From the NCBI GenBank assembly GCA_001600695.1, contig BCKQ01000005.1, positions 733,620 through 797,619 of the forward strand: 64,000 nucleotides of DNA, in the 5' to 3' direction. The position numbers were made by a program, and so were the translations under genes. Positions 49,281 through 61,163 of this stretch are shown one piece after another. Under the pieces are notes generated by a model. The model ran no database searches and had not been told where the DNA came from. It saw only the letters and a list, made by a program, of their open reading frames with translations. The DNA comes from Ascoidea asiatica JCM 7603. Its lineage: Eukaryota; Fungi; Ascomycota. How positions within the stretch are numbered: position 1 is the stretch's first letter; every line of letters begins with the position of its first letter.

Positions 49281-50438
49281 TAATGATATCTATACAGTAT
49301 ATTCTAAGTAGTAACCATTAAAAAAGAAAATATAAAAAAAAAAAAAAAGTTAGAATCCCAGAGTTGAACCGAGGATCTTCTTCAAATCTGACTTCAAACA
49401 AGAAAACCCTCAGAATTGGTTTTTTCTCTACAAGGGGGAAGAGTGGCGGGCTTGTCCATTTCCTATGCTATCCGCGCCACGTGTGTGTGTATCCGTGTCC
49501 ATTCTCATTCCGGAGTTCTCGAAAAGTGTTCAGTGTTAACTTTTACGCGATCGCTGCCAACTTTCCAGCGCTGCTTGACTGATTCAAAGCCTCTGGAGAA
49601 AGAGCGAGAAACAACGAAGAACCTCGAGAAAGGGCAGTACCATAATACTGGCCAGAGTGTTTAGCCAGTACCAGAAGCCTGGACGTGGTTAGTGTGGGAT
49701 CCAGGCCTGAGATCTGAGCTTGCGAGCGTGGAGGAGTGTTATTGCCAGTGCTATTGCCAGTGCTATTACTATTATTACCATAGAATGCTACTATTACTGC
49801 TACCATATTAATTACTACCGTACATCAACACTGTACGTATTGTAGCAGTGTACGATCTTGCTAGTGTTTTCTATATTTGTATATTTGTATATTTCTATTG
49901 TATATTTGCAGTGTATTGGAGATTTCTATTATTTTTCTATATTTGTATCTTTTTGTATATTCTTGGATATAAAATATTTGATTATTTCAATAATTACTCT
50001 TCATATTCCATAATTTATTATTTATTGTATATTATTTATCATTGTTCAACTTTGATTTCATTTATAAAAATATATGATTGGAAATGTTTATAATTATATT
50101 CTAACAATCACAAAATCTTAATTCAAAATATTTTAATTTTTACTTTTTCATTATAAAAGTTAATATAAAATCAAATAATATTATATAATACAAGTTCTTT
50201 AGATACCTTATTTTTTTACTTTCATTTTATTTTCAATCTCAGTTTCATTTCAATTTCAATTACCATTACCATTATTATCATAATATTATCTCTCAGTTTT
50301 AATTCTCTTTCTCTTTCTCTTTTTCATTGTCATTCCCATTTTCATTCTTTCAAATCTCATTCTATATAAAAGCTTATGCCTTTTTCAATATAAAAATTTC
50401 ATTCAAAACTATCAATACCCTTATTAAAAATAATCAAA

Positions 50439-52158
50439 ATGAGATTCAGAGACAACACTTTTGGTAAAAAAAGTGATCTACCATTGTATGTATATATTAA
50501 ATTTCATTTCAATTCGTAATTCAATTCAATTCAATTATAAACTAACTTTTGTTTTTTTCTCTTTTTCTCTAAATCCAAAAAGATCTGCAAAAAATGAAAA
50601 ATTTAAACCTATAAAAAAAAGAAGAAATCCAAAATTAAATAGATCAAATTTAACAATAATAATAATAATAATTTTATTAATTTTAATAATTATAAAATTA
50701 AATAAAAATTCAGATTTAAATTTAAATTTATCTTCAAATAATTTGAAAAATTTAAAAAATTTAAAAGAAAAGTTCTCAAGTGATCAACATATAGCTAAAA
50801 TTGAAGATGAATTAAGATATCCTGATTCAAATAAAAATATAAATAATCAAAATAATAATGATAAGAGTAATAATGATAATGATAATTATGATCATTATAC
50901 TGTAACCGCAGATGGAGTAACCAAAAATAATATAAACAGTAATAACAATAACAATAACAATATTAATGACCAAAATGAATTATCTGAAGATGAAATCAAA
51001 AAACAGCGAGAATTAGAACAAATTTATCATGATACTGTATCTTATTATGATTTAAATGATTTTCAAGGTTCTTCAATGGGTAAATTTAATAATGAATTAG
51101 TTCTACTTTGTATACCTTTAAGAAATGCTCAACATGTTTTACCTTTAATGTTTAAACATTTAATGGATTTAACTTATCCTCATGATCAAATAGATTTAGC
51201 ATTTTTAGTTTCTGATTGTTCTGAAAATGATAAAACTTTAGATACTTTATTAGAATATACTTTTTTTTTACAAAATAGTACTTTAATTAAAAATTTAAAT
51301 GATCAAGAAGAATTAATCAATGAAAGAAATAGAAAATTAAGAGGTACCTCAGATTTATATTTAAGATATATGGATCCAGATTATGTTGAAAAAATTCAAA
51401 ATTCTTTTAAACCTCCATATCATGATGAATTTAATAAACCTTTTAGAAGTGTACAAATTTTTAAAAAAGATTTTGGTCAAGTTATTGGTCAAGGTTTTAG
51501 TGATAGACATGATGTTAAAGTTCAAGGTATTAGAAGAAAATTAATGGGTAGAGCTAGAAATTGGTTAGTTTCAACTGCTTTAAAACCATATCATTCTTGG
51601 GTTTATTGGAGAGATGCTGATGTTGAACAATGTCCAAGTTCAATTATTGAAGATTTAATGAAACATGATTATGATGTTTTAGTACCAAATGTTTGGAGAC
51701 CATTACCTGAATTTTTAGGTAATGAACAACCTTATGATTTAAATACTTGGATTGAAAGTGAACAAGGTTTAGAATTAGCTAAAAATATTGGTGAAGATGA
51801 TGTTATTGTTGAAGGTTATGCAGAATATCCAACTTGGAGAGTTCATTTAGCTTATTTAAGAGATCCAAATGGTAATCAAGATCAAGTTGTTGATATGGAT
51901 GGTGTTGGTGGTGTTTCAATTTTAGCAAGAGCAAAAATTTTTAGACAAGGTGTTTCATTTCCTGCTTTTACTTATAAAAATCATGCAGAAACTGAAGCTT
52001 TTGGTAAATTATCAAAAGATTTTGGTTTTAAAGTTGGTGGTTTACCTCATTATACTGTTTGGCATATATATGAACCAAGTGAAGATGATTTACAAGAAAT
52101 TGCAAGAAAAGAAAGAAAAAAGAGAAGACAACAAAGAACTTTCGAGAATAATAATTAA
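50439..52158 (+). CDS. VAN1: Mannan polymerase I subunit Van1 (GT62); exons 50439-50485, 50583-52158
   Basis: LRNAQHVLPLMF..LTYPH, KDFGQVIGQGFSDRH and YWRDADVE motifs; type II TM. Intron 50486-50582 has GTATGT, AACTAAC and AAG. Confidence 0.92.
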
Positions 52159-52662
52159 ATTCCTTACTAAGTTATTAACTATATCAAACTTCAAAATATT
52201 CACTATTCATTTTTTTTTTTTTTCAATTTTTTTATTATCGTTTTTTTTTATGTTTTCCCTCAAAAAAAAATTTTCATTATCATTTAATTTAGCAAAAGTT
52301 TTGTTAATAGTCTTTAATTACTTCTTAATTATTTCTTAATTACCATTTTTTATTAATCTTTCAAATTTTAATTTTAATTATTTTTTTATTTGTTTATATG
52401 TTTATTTGTTTTATTTGTTTTATTTTTCTATTTATTTTATTCTTTTATCATTTTTCACTTTTAGAACGTCATATTTTATTATTTATTCTATTCATTTGTT
52501 AAACTTTCTTTTCTAGATGGATGTTGACTTTTTTCGTTCATATTTATTATTAACATTTACCCCCCAAAAAAAAATAAAATTTTTATTTAATTAATTTTTT
52601 TTTCAGACTTTCAATTAACATTTAATTATCTATTGAAAAGAAATATATATATATAACATATA

Positions 52663-53526
52663 TTAGTCAATTCTATTTAAAAAATTTGGATTGTTCTTTA
52701 GTTTACTTTTAAAAGTATCCCACCAATTATTAAATTTTATAATTGGAATTTTTCCATTATTATCAACAAATCCACTTAAATAATTATAACAATTATTTAT
52801 AATTTTATTTGATAAATCTTGAATATTTTCATTTGTCAAAATATTAGAATTTGGATAAATTGGAGCTTTTATTAATTTCATTGAACTATTTTTTTTCTCA
52901 GTTTTGAATTCATTAATTAATTGAGTTGCAACTTGATTAGGTTCAATTGATATACCAATAACTATAAAAGAATTATCATTGGAATCTATATTTATATTTG
53001 AATTTGAATTTATATCTGTATTTATATCTAAATCCATATCAATATCATCAATATTTTGAGAATTAATATTATCATTATTCATTGGAGTTGATGATCTTGT
53101 TATAGAATTATTAATTTTAAAAATTGAAGATGGTTTTCCAGTATTTAAATAACCAAATAATTTGAAATTACCATCTAATGAGTTTGATGAAAGTATATAT
53201 AAATTTGAAACATCATTATGATCAAGATTGAAATATATTAAAGCTGTGAAACTTGAATCAAATTCAATATTTGGTAATAAAAATAAAGTTATATGTGAAA
53301 TTTTTGAAGATTGTGGTATTTTGACAATATATTTCAATTGATCAATTTGTTCAGCAATTTGAACTATAATAAGATAATAAATAAGTTAATAATTGAAATC
53401 ATAAAATTTTAGAATCCAAAACCTTTAAGAAACAAGATAAAACAGTAATTGAATAAATCCTTGAAATATCTAACCATTGAAATTCAATAACATACCTTGT
53501 TTTCCTGCACATATCACACCAAACAT
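52663..53526 (-). CDS. OPI10: Hikeshi-family protein Opi10; exons 53526-53496, 53363-52663
   Basis: MFGVICAGKQ|VQIAEQID..., HITLFLLP, KPSSIFK, IGISIEP and WWDTFKSKL..NPNFL motifs. Confidence 0.9.
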
Positions 53527-53764
53527 GTTTCTTATTATATCTAAAGCAAATTATTCCAAGTTATATTATATTCTCTGTCAAGTGAGATCTAATAAACAGA
53601 AAGACATTTATTTTCATTGATTTGATAAATCGAGCCGATAAGCATTGTTTTTATGTTATTATTATCTTGATATGGTCTTTTAATATATTCGTCTTTCCTG
53701 CTTCACAGCCAGTAACAAACCCTCCTCCTGCCGAGCAATTCTCTGCTCCTATCACGGCGGATTT

Positions 53765-53779
53765 CGAAGCTTCCAGAAA
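53765..53779. promoter_or_regulatory. Heat shock element nGAAnnTTCnnGAAn upstream of OPI10
   Basis: cGAAgcTTCcaGAAa, three perfect alternating units. Confidence 0.6.
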
Positions 53780-54274
53780 ACAGGAAAAACCACGGAGAAT
53801 CTTCTTCAACCCCACGGAAATATCCGGATATTTTGGTTACGTAATAAATAGTGTTATATTGGTCAGCTGTTTTGCACTTTTTTCGTTTTTTTGTCTTTTT
53901 TTTGTTTTTATTCATTATTATCAGGGCTCTATCCACAAAAATTTACGGTATAAAAGTAGACAGATTTTATTTGAATTTATTTTATTTCTTTTTTTTGTTT
54001 TCCTCTTCTTTTCTTTATCATGGAAATAAAGAAGATTGTAATTGTTAATTTTTGCTATTTTTTTATAATCGATACTATTTTCCAAGACTGAATAAGGAAT
54101 CTTTACATATTTCTCGTTTGAACATTTTCTAGTTCAATGGGAAAGATATTTCTTGACATTCATTCAATTAAAATCTAAATCTGTTATTATTTTTGACTTA
54201 ACAAATACTTTTTATTTTTTTTTTGTAATATAAAAATTCTTCAACGTTTATTAATTTTACAATAAATTGATTGG

Positions 54275-55946
54275 TCATAATGAATTATATAAAAAATCAA
54301 AGATGTAGTTATCACCTTTGAAATAATCTAAGAATCCAAAAAATCCCCAAAATTGATTTTCTTTAACTTCATCATCATAAATTTTATCATATATAAATTT
54401 TTTTTTGAATTCTTCCATTTTTTCATCATATTTTTCGTAATCTATAGCTTTATAACCAAAACTTTCTAATTTTGAATTATATCCATCATAAACTGGATTT
54501 TCTAAAAGTAATCCTAATGCTGGTGCTTTTGGAATATTAATTTTTTTAGAACTAAAAGCTTCTGTAATTCTTTCTAGTGGACATCCAGTTCTGACAACTA
54601 ATGCAACCATTGCAATCATTTTTCTTATTTGATGTAACATAAATGATTGTCCATGAATTTTAATTGAAACCCATTCTGTATCTTTAATAACAAAAGGTTC
54701 TGAAACTTTTAATGATTTCATAAATCTATTTGATGAAGCTTCTTTAAAATCTTTACCTAATGTGAAATTATGAAAATTATGATGACCTTCAAATTTTAAA
54801 ACTGCATCTCTAACTAATTGTAATTTTTCTTTAGAAATTCTAAATCCACGACGTGAATTATTTTCAATATTTTTAAATTTTTTTAATAATATATAATTTG
54901 GATCATTTTCATCAAATTTATCTTCTTTGAAATTTAATTGTGCATTTTCAATATCTTCTTGTTTAATTCCATTATCTTCTAATTCTTTAATAGTTTTAAC
55001 CCAAAATTCATCTCCTTCAATATCTTTTCTTTTAATTCCTGGATTTTTTAAATCTGCTTCAATTATTTTTTTACCAAGTATTGAAGTTGATTTTGGTGGT
55101 AAAAATGAAAATGTTGGAATTAAATATTCATAAATTCTTGATGAACACATTTTTCTACAATCAAATTTTTTATTAACTCTTTCAATACCCCAAATTCTAA
55201 TTTGTTCAGGTAATTCTTTATTTATTTTTTCAATAATATCTGAATCTTCAATAATTAATTTTAATGATATACAATTTCCTGCTGCATGAACTCCTTTATC
55301 AGTACGTGCAGCTCTTTGAAAATTATTTTTTTTTAAATCATCTGAATTATCTTTTGATACAGCTCCTGCTTTAACAAATGCTTCAAATAAATCTCCTTCA
55401 ATTGTTTTTTCTGGTGGATTAAATTGAAGTCCATGATATCCAACTCCACAATATCCGAATAAAACTGCAACTTTTTTTTTTGGTCTTCTTTCTTCTTTAG
55501 GTATAACATTTCCTTGGGCATCTAATACTGGCTTTCTAGGTTCAAAACTATATTAAAAAAATTTAAAAAAAATATATGGAAAAGGATAAATTATAAGTTA
55601 GTTTCTATACAATTTTTTTTTTTTTTTTTTCATTTCAGTTTGTTTTTCCTTTTATTCATAATCTTTGAATTAATCAAACTTACATTATTTTTGGTTTTCC
55701 GGTATTATCTCTACCCTTTTTCTTTGGAGGCTCGCCATTATTATGTTCATTTTTTATTCTTGGATTTTTTCTATTTTCATCAGAATTAACAGACTCTATT
55801 GATGTATTTTTTACCAAAGATTTCAAATTTTCTTTATTTTCTAATTTTTCTTCAATATCGACATGAGACTCGTTGGGATTTATGATAACTTGGATATTAT
55901 CCCCATCTTCAATTGGAATATTATCCTCTTTTTCTTCTTCTTTCAT
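54275..55946 (-). CDS. PUS1: tRNA pseudouridine synthase (TruA family); exons 55946-55684, 55547-54275
   Basis: KKKVAVLFGYCGVGYHGLQ, RAARTDKGVHA, HNFHNFT and GQSFMLHQIRKM motifs; intron has GTAAGT, AACTAAC and TAG. Confidence 0.93.
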
Positions 55947-56042
55947 TTTTGCTACCTTTTCTTGATTCTTGCTTAACTTGAAATATCAAATCTATCTAAT
56001 CTCGATATTTTCATTTTTAAAAAATCGAATCTAAAATTTACT

Positions 56043-56115
56043 AATTTTTCATTTTTCAAATGATTTTAGCGTACCGGTAAATAAAAAATACAGTAAAGTT
56101 AGGCTTGTCACGTGA
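56043..56115. promoter_or_regulatory. RRPE-like (AATTTTTCA) and Cbf1-type GTCACGTGA (56107-56115) in the PUS1/NIP7 divergent promoter
   Basis: Motifs typical of ribosome-biogenesis promoters. Confidence 0.5.
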
Positions 56116-56274
56116 ATATTTATTTAATTTTTTTTTTTTTTTTGAAAATATTTATATTTCTCCAAATATCTTAACTTAAATTTATTGAATTTAATAAAAA
56201 AGCTTTAATGATAATTTGAAACTAATTTTTTTATCTTATAAACGCTGATAAATACTTTTTAATTAAAAATAAAA

Positions 56275-56820
56275 ATGAGACCATTAACAGAAGAAGAAAC
56301 CAAAGTTGTTTTTGAAAAATTAGCTAATTATATTGGTAGAAATATTTCATTTTTAATTGATAATAAAGAAAATCCTCATGTATTTCGATTACAAAAAGAT
56401 AGAGTATATTATGTTAGTGAAAAAATTGCAAAATTTGCAACAGCAATTTTAAGACAAAATTTAATGTCGTTAGGTATATGTTTTGGTAAATTTACAAAAA
56501 CAGGAAAATTTAGACTTCATGTAACATCATTAGAATATCTTTCAAAATATGCAAAATATAAAATTTGGATAAAACAAAATGGTGAAATGCCATTTCTTTA
56601 TGGTAATAATATTTTAAAAGCTCATATTGGTAAAATGTCAGATGATATACCTGAACATGCTGGTGTTGTTATATATTCAATGTCAGATGTACCTTTAGGA
56701 TTTGGAGTAAGTGCCAAATCAACAATTGAATCAAGAAATATCCAACAGACTGGAATAGTGGCATTCAGACAATCAGATATAGGTGAGTATCTAAGAGATG
56801 AAGACACTTTATTTACATAA
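56275..56820 (+). CDS. NIP7: 60S ribosome biogenesis factor Nip7
   Basis: MRPLTEEETKVVFEKLANYIG...GKFTKTGKFRLH...DIGEYLRDEDTLF. Confidence 0.97.
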   Translation: MRPLTEEETKVVFEKLANYIGRNISFLIDNKENPHVFRLQKDRVYYVSEKIAKFATAILRQNLMSLGICFGKFTKTGKFRLHVTSLEYLSKYAKYKIWIKQNGEMPFLYGNNILKAHIGKMSDDIPEHAGVVIYSMSDVPLGFGVSAKSTIESRNIQQTGIVAFRQSDIGEYLRDEDTLFT

Positions 56821-57311
56821 TAATATATATATTAATTCAATAAAAGAAGCATTACTCAAATTAAATTTTTGTTTTTGATCTGAGATCCACAAAAGAGAAT
56901 TTTTCAAAAATCGACCAATCTTAGGACCAATCCAGGGTTCTGTCCTGAGAACCTGCATTTCTTGCCCCAGTCCCTGTTTTTATCCGATGCTTTCGAATCT
57001 TCACTCGGAAAATTCATCGATTGGGAAAATGTTTTCTTTTGTGAAGGAAACGACGATTTTCACTTGAAGTTGCAACAAAATCGGTATTTATTATCCGATG
57101 CTGTGGATAAAGAGATAAAGTGAAAGTGAAAAATGGAAAATGGAAGTAGGAACATTATTTTCGTACTTGACTTTACTATTTGCCTTAGTTAAAGATGAAA
57201 GATAGTTAGGAAAACAAATAATAACAGTTTGATATCCGAAGTGGATGCATAAATATAAAAACATGATTTCATTAATAGGAATAAGATTTAATCGATTAAA
57301 GTAGTCGATAA

Positions 57312-57363
57312 ATCGAATATCAAATATCGAATATTGAGTATCGAATATTGAGTATCGAATATC
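57312..57363 (+). repeat. (TATCGAATATTGAG)-type 14-bp tandem repeat
   Basis: About 3.5 degenerate copies upstream of the AKR gene. Confidence 0.75.
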
Positions 57364-57586
57364 CATTATCTTAAAATTATATTCTTCTTTTTTTTTTCAG
57401 TGATATTTTAACTTTTATATATAAGTATGAGATTAATTCTTTGATTCAAATATTCTTTTTCTAATCTTTCTTTTATTTTAGATCCAAATTTTAAGTATCT
57501 TTCAACGGTTTTTTTTTTTGAAATTTTAATATTGACAGTTAAGAAAAAGAAAAAAAAAGAAAATTATAATAATAATAGCTATAAAA

Positions 57587-58531
57587 ATGTCATCATTTAA
57601 AGAAAATAAAGGATATTTTACATTAAAAACAAATAATGAATCAACTAATAAAATCTTTGCATTAGGATTTGGATGTGGTACAAAATGGATTAAAAGAGTT
57701 CCAGAAGCAAATCCACCAGTTAATCCAGCTATTATTGAAAATTTAGTTATTGCATTTAAAAAAGGTTTCAAACATATAGATGGATCAGAATGGTATAAAA
57801 GTGATTTTGAATTAGGAGAAGGAATTAGAAAAAGTGGAATACCAAGAGAAGAACTTTGGATTACAAATAAATATAATTCTGGAGATTCTTCACATTCTTT
57901 TAAATCTTTTGAAAAAAATCCATATGAAGCAATTAAAAGTGCATTAAAAAAAAGTGGACTAGATTATTATAATTTATATCTTTTACATTCACCATTTATT
58001 GAAAAAGAAATACATGGTTTTACATTAGAAGAAGCTTGGAAATATTTAGAACAAGCTTATAATGAAGGTTTAGTTAAAAATATTGGAGTTTCAAATTGTG
58101 AAATTTATCATTTAGAAAGAGTTTTAAAAGTTGCAAAAATTAAACCAGTTGTTAATCAAATAGAATATAATGCATATTTACAAAATCAATCACCTGGTAT
58201 TATTGATTTTTGTAATAAAAATGAAATTTTAGTTGAAGCATTTTCACCATTAGGATTAATATTATCATTAGATGAAACAGATCCATTAATCAAATATTTA
58301 AATGAAATTAAATTAAAATATAATAAAAATATAAGTCAAATATTATTAAGATGGGTTATTGATACTGGAGTTTTACCAATTACAACAACTGGAAAAGAAT
58401 CAAGAATGGATGAATTATTAGAAATTTTAAAATTTAAATTAGATGATGAAGATATTTTAAAAATCAAAGAAATTGGATCTGGAAAATCAATACGTAAATT
58501 CTGGAAACCAGAATTTGGTAAATACGATTAA
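57587..58531 (+). CDS. NADPH-dependent aldo-keto reductase (YDL124W / conjugated polyketone reductase-like)
   Basis: GFGCGTKW, HIDGSEWY, WITNKY, LYLLHSP, IGVSN and VNQIEY motifs. Confidence 0.9.
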   Translation: MSSFKENKGYFTLKTNNESTNKIFALGFGCGTKWIKRVPEANPPVNPAIIENLVIAFKKGFKHIDGSEWYKSDFELGEGIRKSGIPREELWITNKYNSGDSSHSFKSFEKNPYEAIKSALKKSGLDYYNLYLLHSPFIEKEIHGFTLEEAWKYLEQAYNEGLVKNIGVSNCEIYHLERVLKVAKIKPVVNQIEYNAYLQNQSPGIIDFCNKNEILVEAFSPLGLILSLDETDPLIKYLNEIKLKYNKNISQILLRWVIDTGVLPITTTGKESRMDELLEILKFKLDDEDILKIKEIGSGKSIRKFWKPEFGKYD

Positions 58532-60851
58532 AAATAATTTTAATTATAACTCATTGAATTTTAATTTTGATTTCTTTTGATAAATAATTAAAAATAAATG
58601 TTTTTTTTAGCTGATTATACAACATTATTTTTCTTTTGCTTTCAAAACCCAACGCACGTGACTAAAGACTATTTGATTTTTGAAATAATTTTAATGCTCA
58701 TAACCATTTCTGTATTGTTATTCTGACAATAATTTTAAGTATGTTTGCAACGTTGTTGGTAAAATAATTTGAAGTGTTTCACTTTCAGTTGAATAATGAA
58801 GAAAACGTTATTAAAGAACAGGAAATGCGTGAATTAATTATAAAAAACTGAGAAAAAAAAAACAAGGATTCAAGGCATAATTTATACGTTTAAAGTTACT
58901 TTAATTGTTTATGAGGAGGGCAATAATAATTTTGAAAAAAAAACACAATAAAAAAGTAAGATGGAAAGTAATGTTAAGCAAAAATAGAGATATCTTCATT
59001 CTTGAGAATATTATGGCTATGAAGTTAACATGATACATCATCCATCATACAAATATGGTGATATTATCAGTATTTTCAGTAATTATCAGTAATTTACTAG
59101 AAGTGAAATTCGATTAATATTATGTATCCTTTCTTATTACATTCCAAGCTCTCAAGGCAAATCAATGGTGAATTAATAAGATTACCGGGGTGTTACTGTG
59201 GAGGAAGCGTGATGATTTCCGACAAATCGCAACAAAATCCAGCAAGCCACAAAATTTTTGGGATTCAGATTTGTGATAAATAAACACTGAATAACGTAGG
59301 ATCACTGAATGAAAATGATATTTTAACAAAGATTACATTTATTCTAGACTAATCTTTCATTTTAACACTCCTGAAAAATAAATCAAAAAAAAAAAAATAT
59401 TCAAAATTGAGTTATTTACTTTAAAGCATGTAAATTATTAATAGTAAGTAGAGCGATAAACAAGCATTACATTTTACAAAAAAATACTCCAGAAATGGTA
59501 GTGTTCAGTTTTTAGGTATTTTTTTTCTTTCTCCCAATACTTGCCCTGTAAAAACAAAATATATTTGTGATGTAAAATTGAAACAATTTTAGCTAGAATT
59601 ACCCAAGCGGAAATAGAAATGGATTAGGAAATCAAAAAAGAATGAGTAAAATAAAAAAACTAGAATGTTCAACAATATCTGTTACTTCAACGCATTTCAA
59701 GTAGAAAAATTATAAATTCTCATTTCAATGAAACTTCAATAGGGCTTAATTTCAAATTGATATGTGTTTTATGAATTGCAGTTCCATTTCTTCTCGAGCA
59801 ATGCTTCTTGATGATTAACGTTAGCTGAACCAACGTTGTCGAGCAAGCGATGGAAAATGACAGGGACTGTGTGGAGGGTACCTGATGCTTGGCTTTTCTT
59901 TAATTCCCAGAAAATTACTGTTTCTGGATACTTTTTTTAAAATTTCTTCTTTTTTCGGACAATTCAAATTACTCAGGGTTTTAAACGTCCCGGGTAACCT
60001 CAGTGAAAAGAATGTTTTAACAATGTCTTTTTCTCAGCGGTGCCACTTTTTGCCTGGTTTTGTGGTTGGGCGCATCCCGCAGATCTGGCTCCAGATTCCT
60101 GTTTCCCACGGCTGCCCGGGAAACGGAAATACCTTAAAGGTCCTCACCAGATTCCCGAAATAATTTGAGAATCTTTAAATAAAAAGTCTCAGATTCCCAA
60201 TTCATTCAGGCTAGAGTATTGAATAGTAGACAGCTATTACACCAGTGATACATAACTAAAACATAACAAATACATATGGTACACCAGTTTTACACAACTA
60301 TGGAATAATGATGAATGAGGAAAAATAATTCTTTTGAAGAAGGGATCATAAAACGCCTCCAAGAATATGTTTTTGTCACTTTTTTATGTGTTTTCAGTGT
60401 TTTCAGCTTTTTTGGTGTGACCCATTTCTCATTCTGTTCTTTTTAGTCACACATAAATATTCCCTTGAATTAATTTATTCAATTGACGAAAAAAAAAAAA
60501 TATCATGAAAACTAGGAGAAGTCGTTCACTTCATTGAAATCTTAATGTTTACTGTTAATTTTAATTTTTTAACTACTATCATACGTACTTTTAGTTTTAC
60601 TTTTAGTTTAACTTTTTTTAAAACTTTACCAATTACTAATATACGTAATAATAAAAAAAAAATGTATATAAGTTAACTCATTCCCTCATTTTTTTAATTT
60701 ATTTTTCGTTTTTTTCTTTATCTTTTACAAATAATAATATATTAATTCTTTAAAATATTTAAATTACTTAAAACTTCTCTAATTATATCCAATTCTAATC
60801 CTTAGAAATTAATAACTAATAACTAATAATCAATCATAAACTCTTTTAATA

Positions 60852-61163
60852 ATGTCTGCTCCTGCTACTACTGTATGTATAATACCATCCCCTTCTTACA
60901 AAAAAAATAAAAACCTTAACCGATTCGAAAATACTAACATTTTCTTTTTCTTCTTTTTCTTTCAGGAAACTCCAAAACCTGTTGAAGCTCCAGCTGCTCC
61001 AGTTGCTGAACCAGTAACAGAAACTCCAGCTAAAGCTGTCGAAGAACCAGCAGCTACTGAAACTGAAACTCCAAAAACTACTGAAGAAACTCCAAAAAAA
61101 TTATCTCCATTTAAAAAATGTCTTGCTAAATTAAAGGCTTTAATAGCTAAAGTAGCTAAATAA
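60852..61163 (+). CDS. Small 72-aa A/E/P/T-rich protein with a C-terminal amphipathic helix (Zeo1-like architecture); exons 60852-60872, 60966-61163
   Basis: Consensus intron with GTATGT, TACTAAC (60932) and CAG; strongly biased codons (GCT, CCA, GAA, ACT). Confidence 0.8.
   Translation: MSAPATTVCIIPSPSYKKNKNLNRFENTNIFFFFFFFQETPKPVEAPAAPVAEPVTETPAKAVEEPAATETETPKTTEETPKKLSPFKKCLAKLKALIAKVAK

Noticed and set aside
49364-50093. Short ORFs upstream of VAN1
   Set aside because: Promoter sequence with small repeats; no coding signature.
53622-54048. ORFs between OPI10 and PUS1
   Set aside because: T-rich promoter/terminator sequence.
54275-55946. PUS1 (also PNP1) appearing fragmented in the ORF track, suggesting a pseudogene
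   Set aside because: Fully explained by spliceosomal introns that restore intact frames.
59209-59308. Possible C/D snoRNA (GTGATGA ... CTGA)
   Set aside because: No terminal stem and no convincing rRNA guide of 10 nt or more that I can identify.
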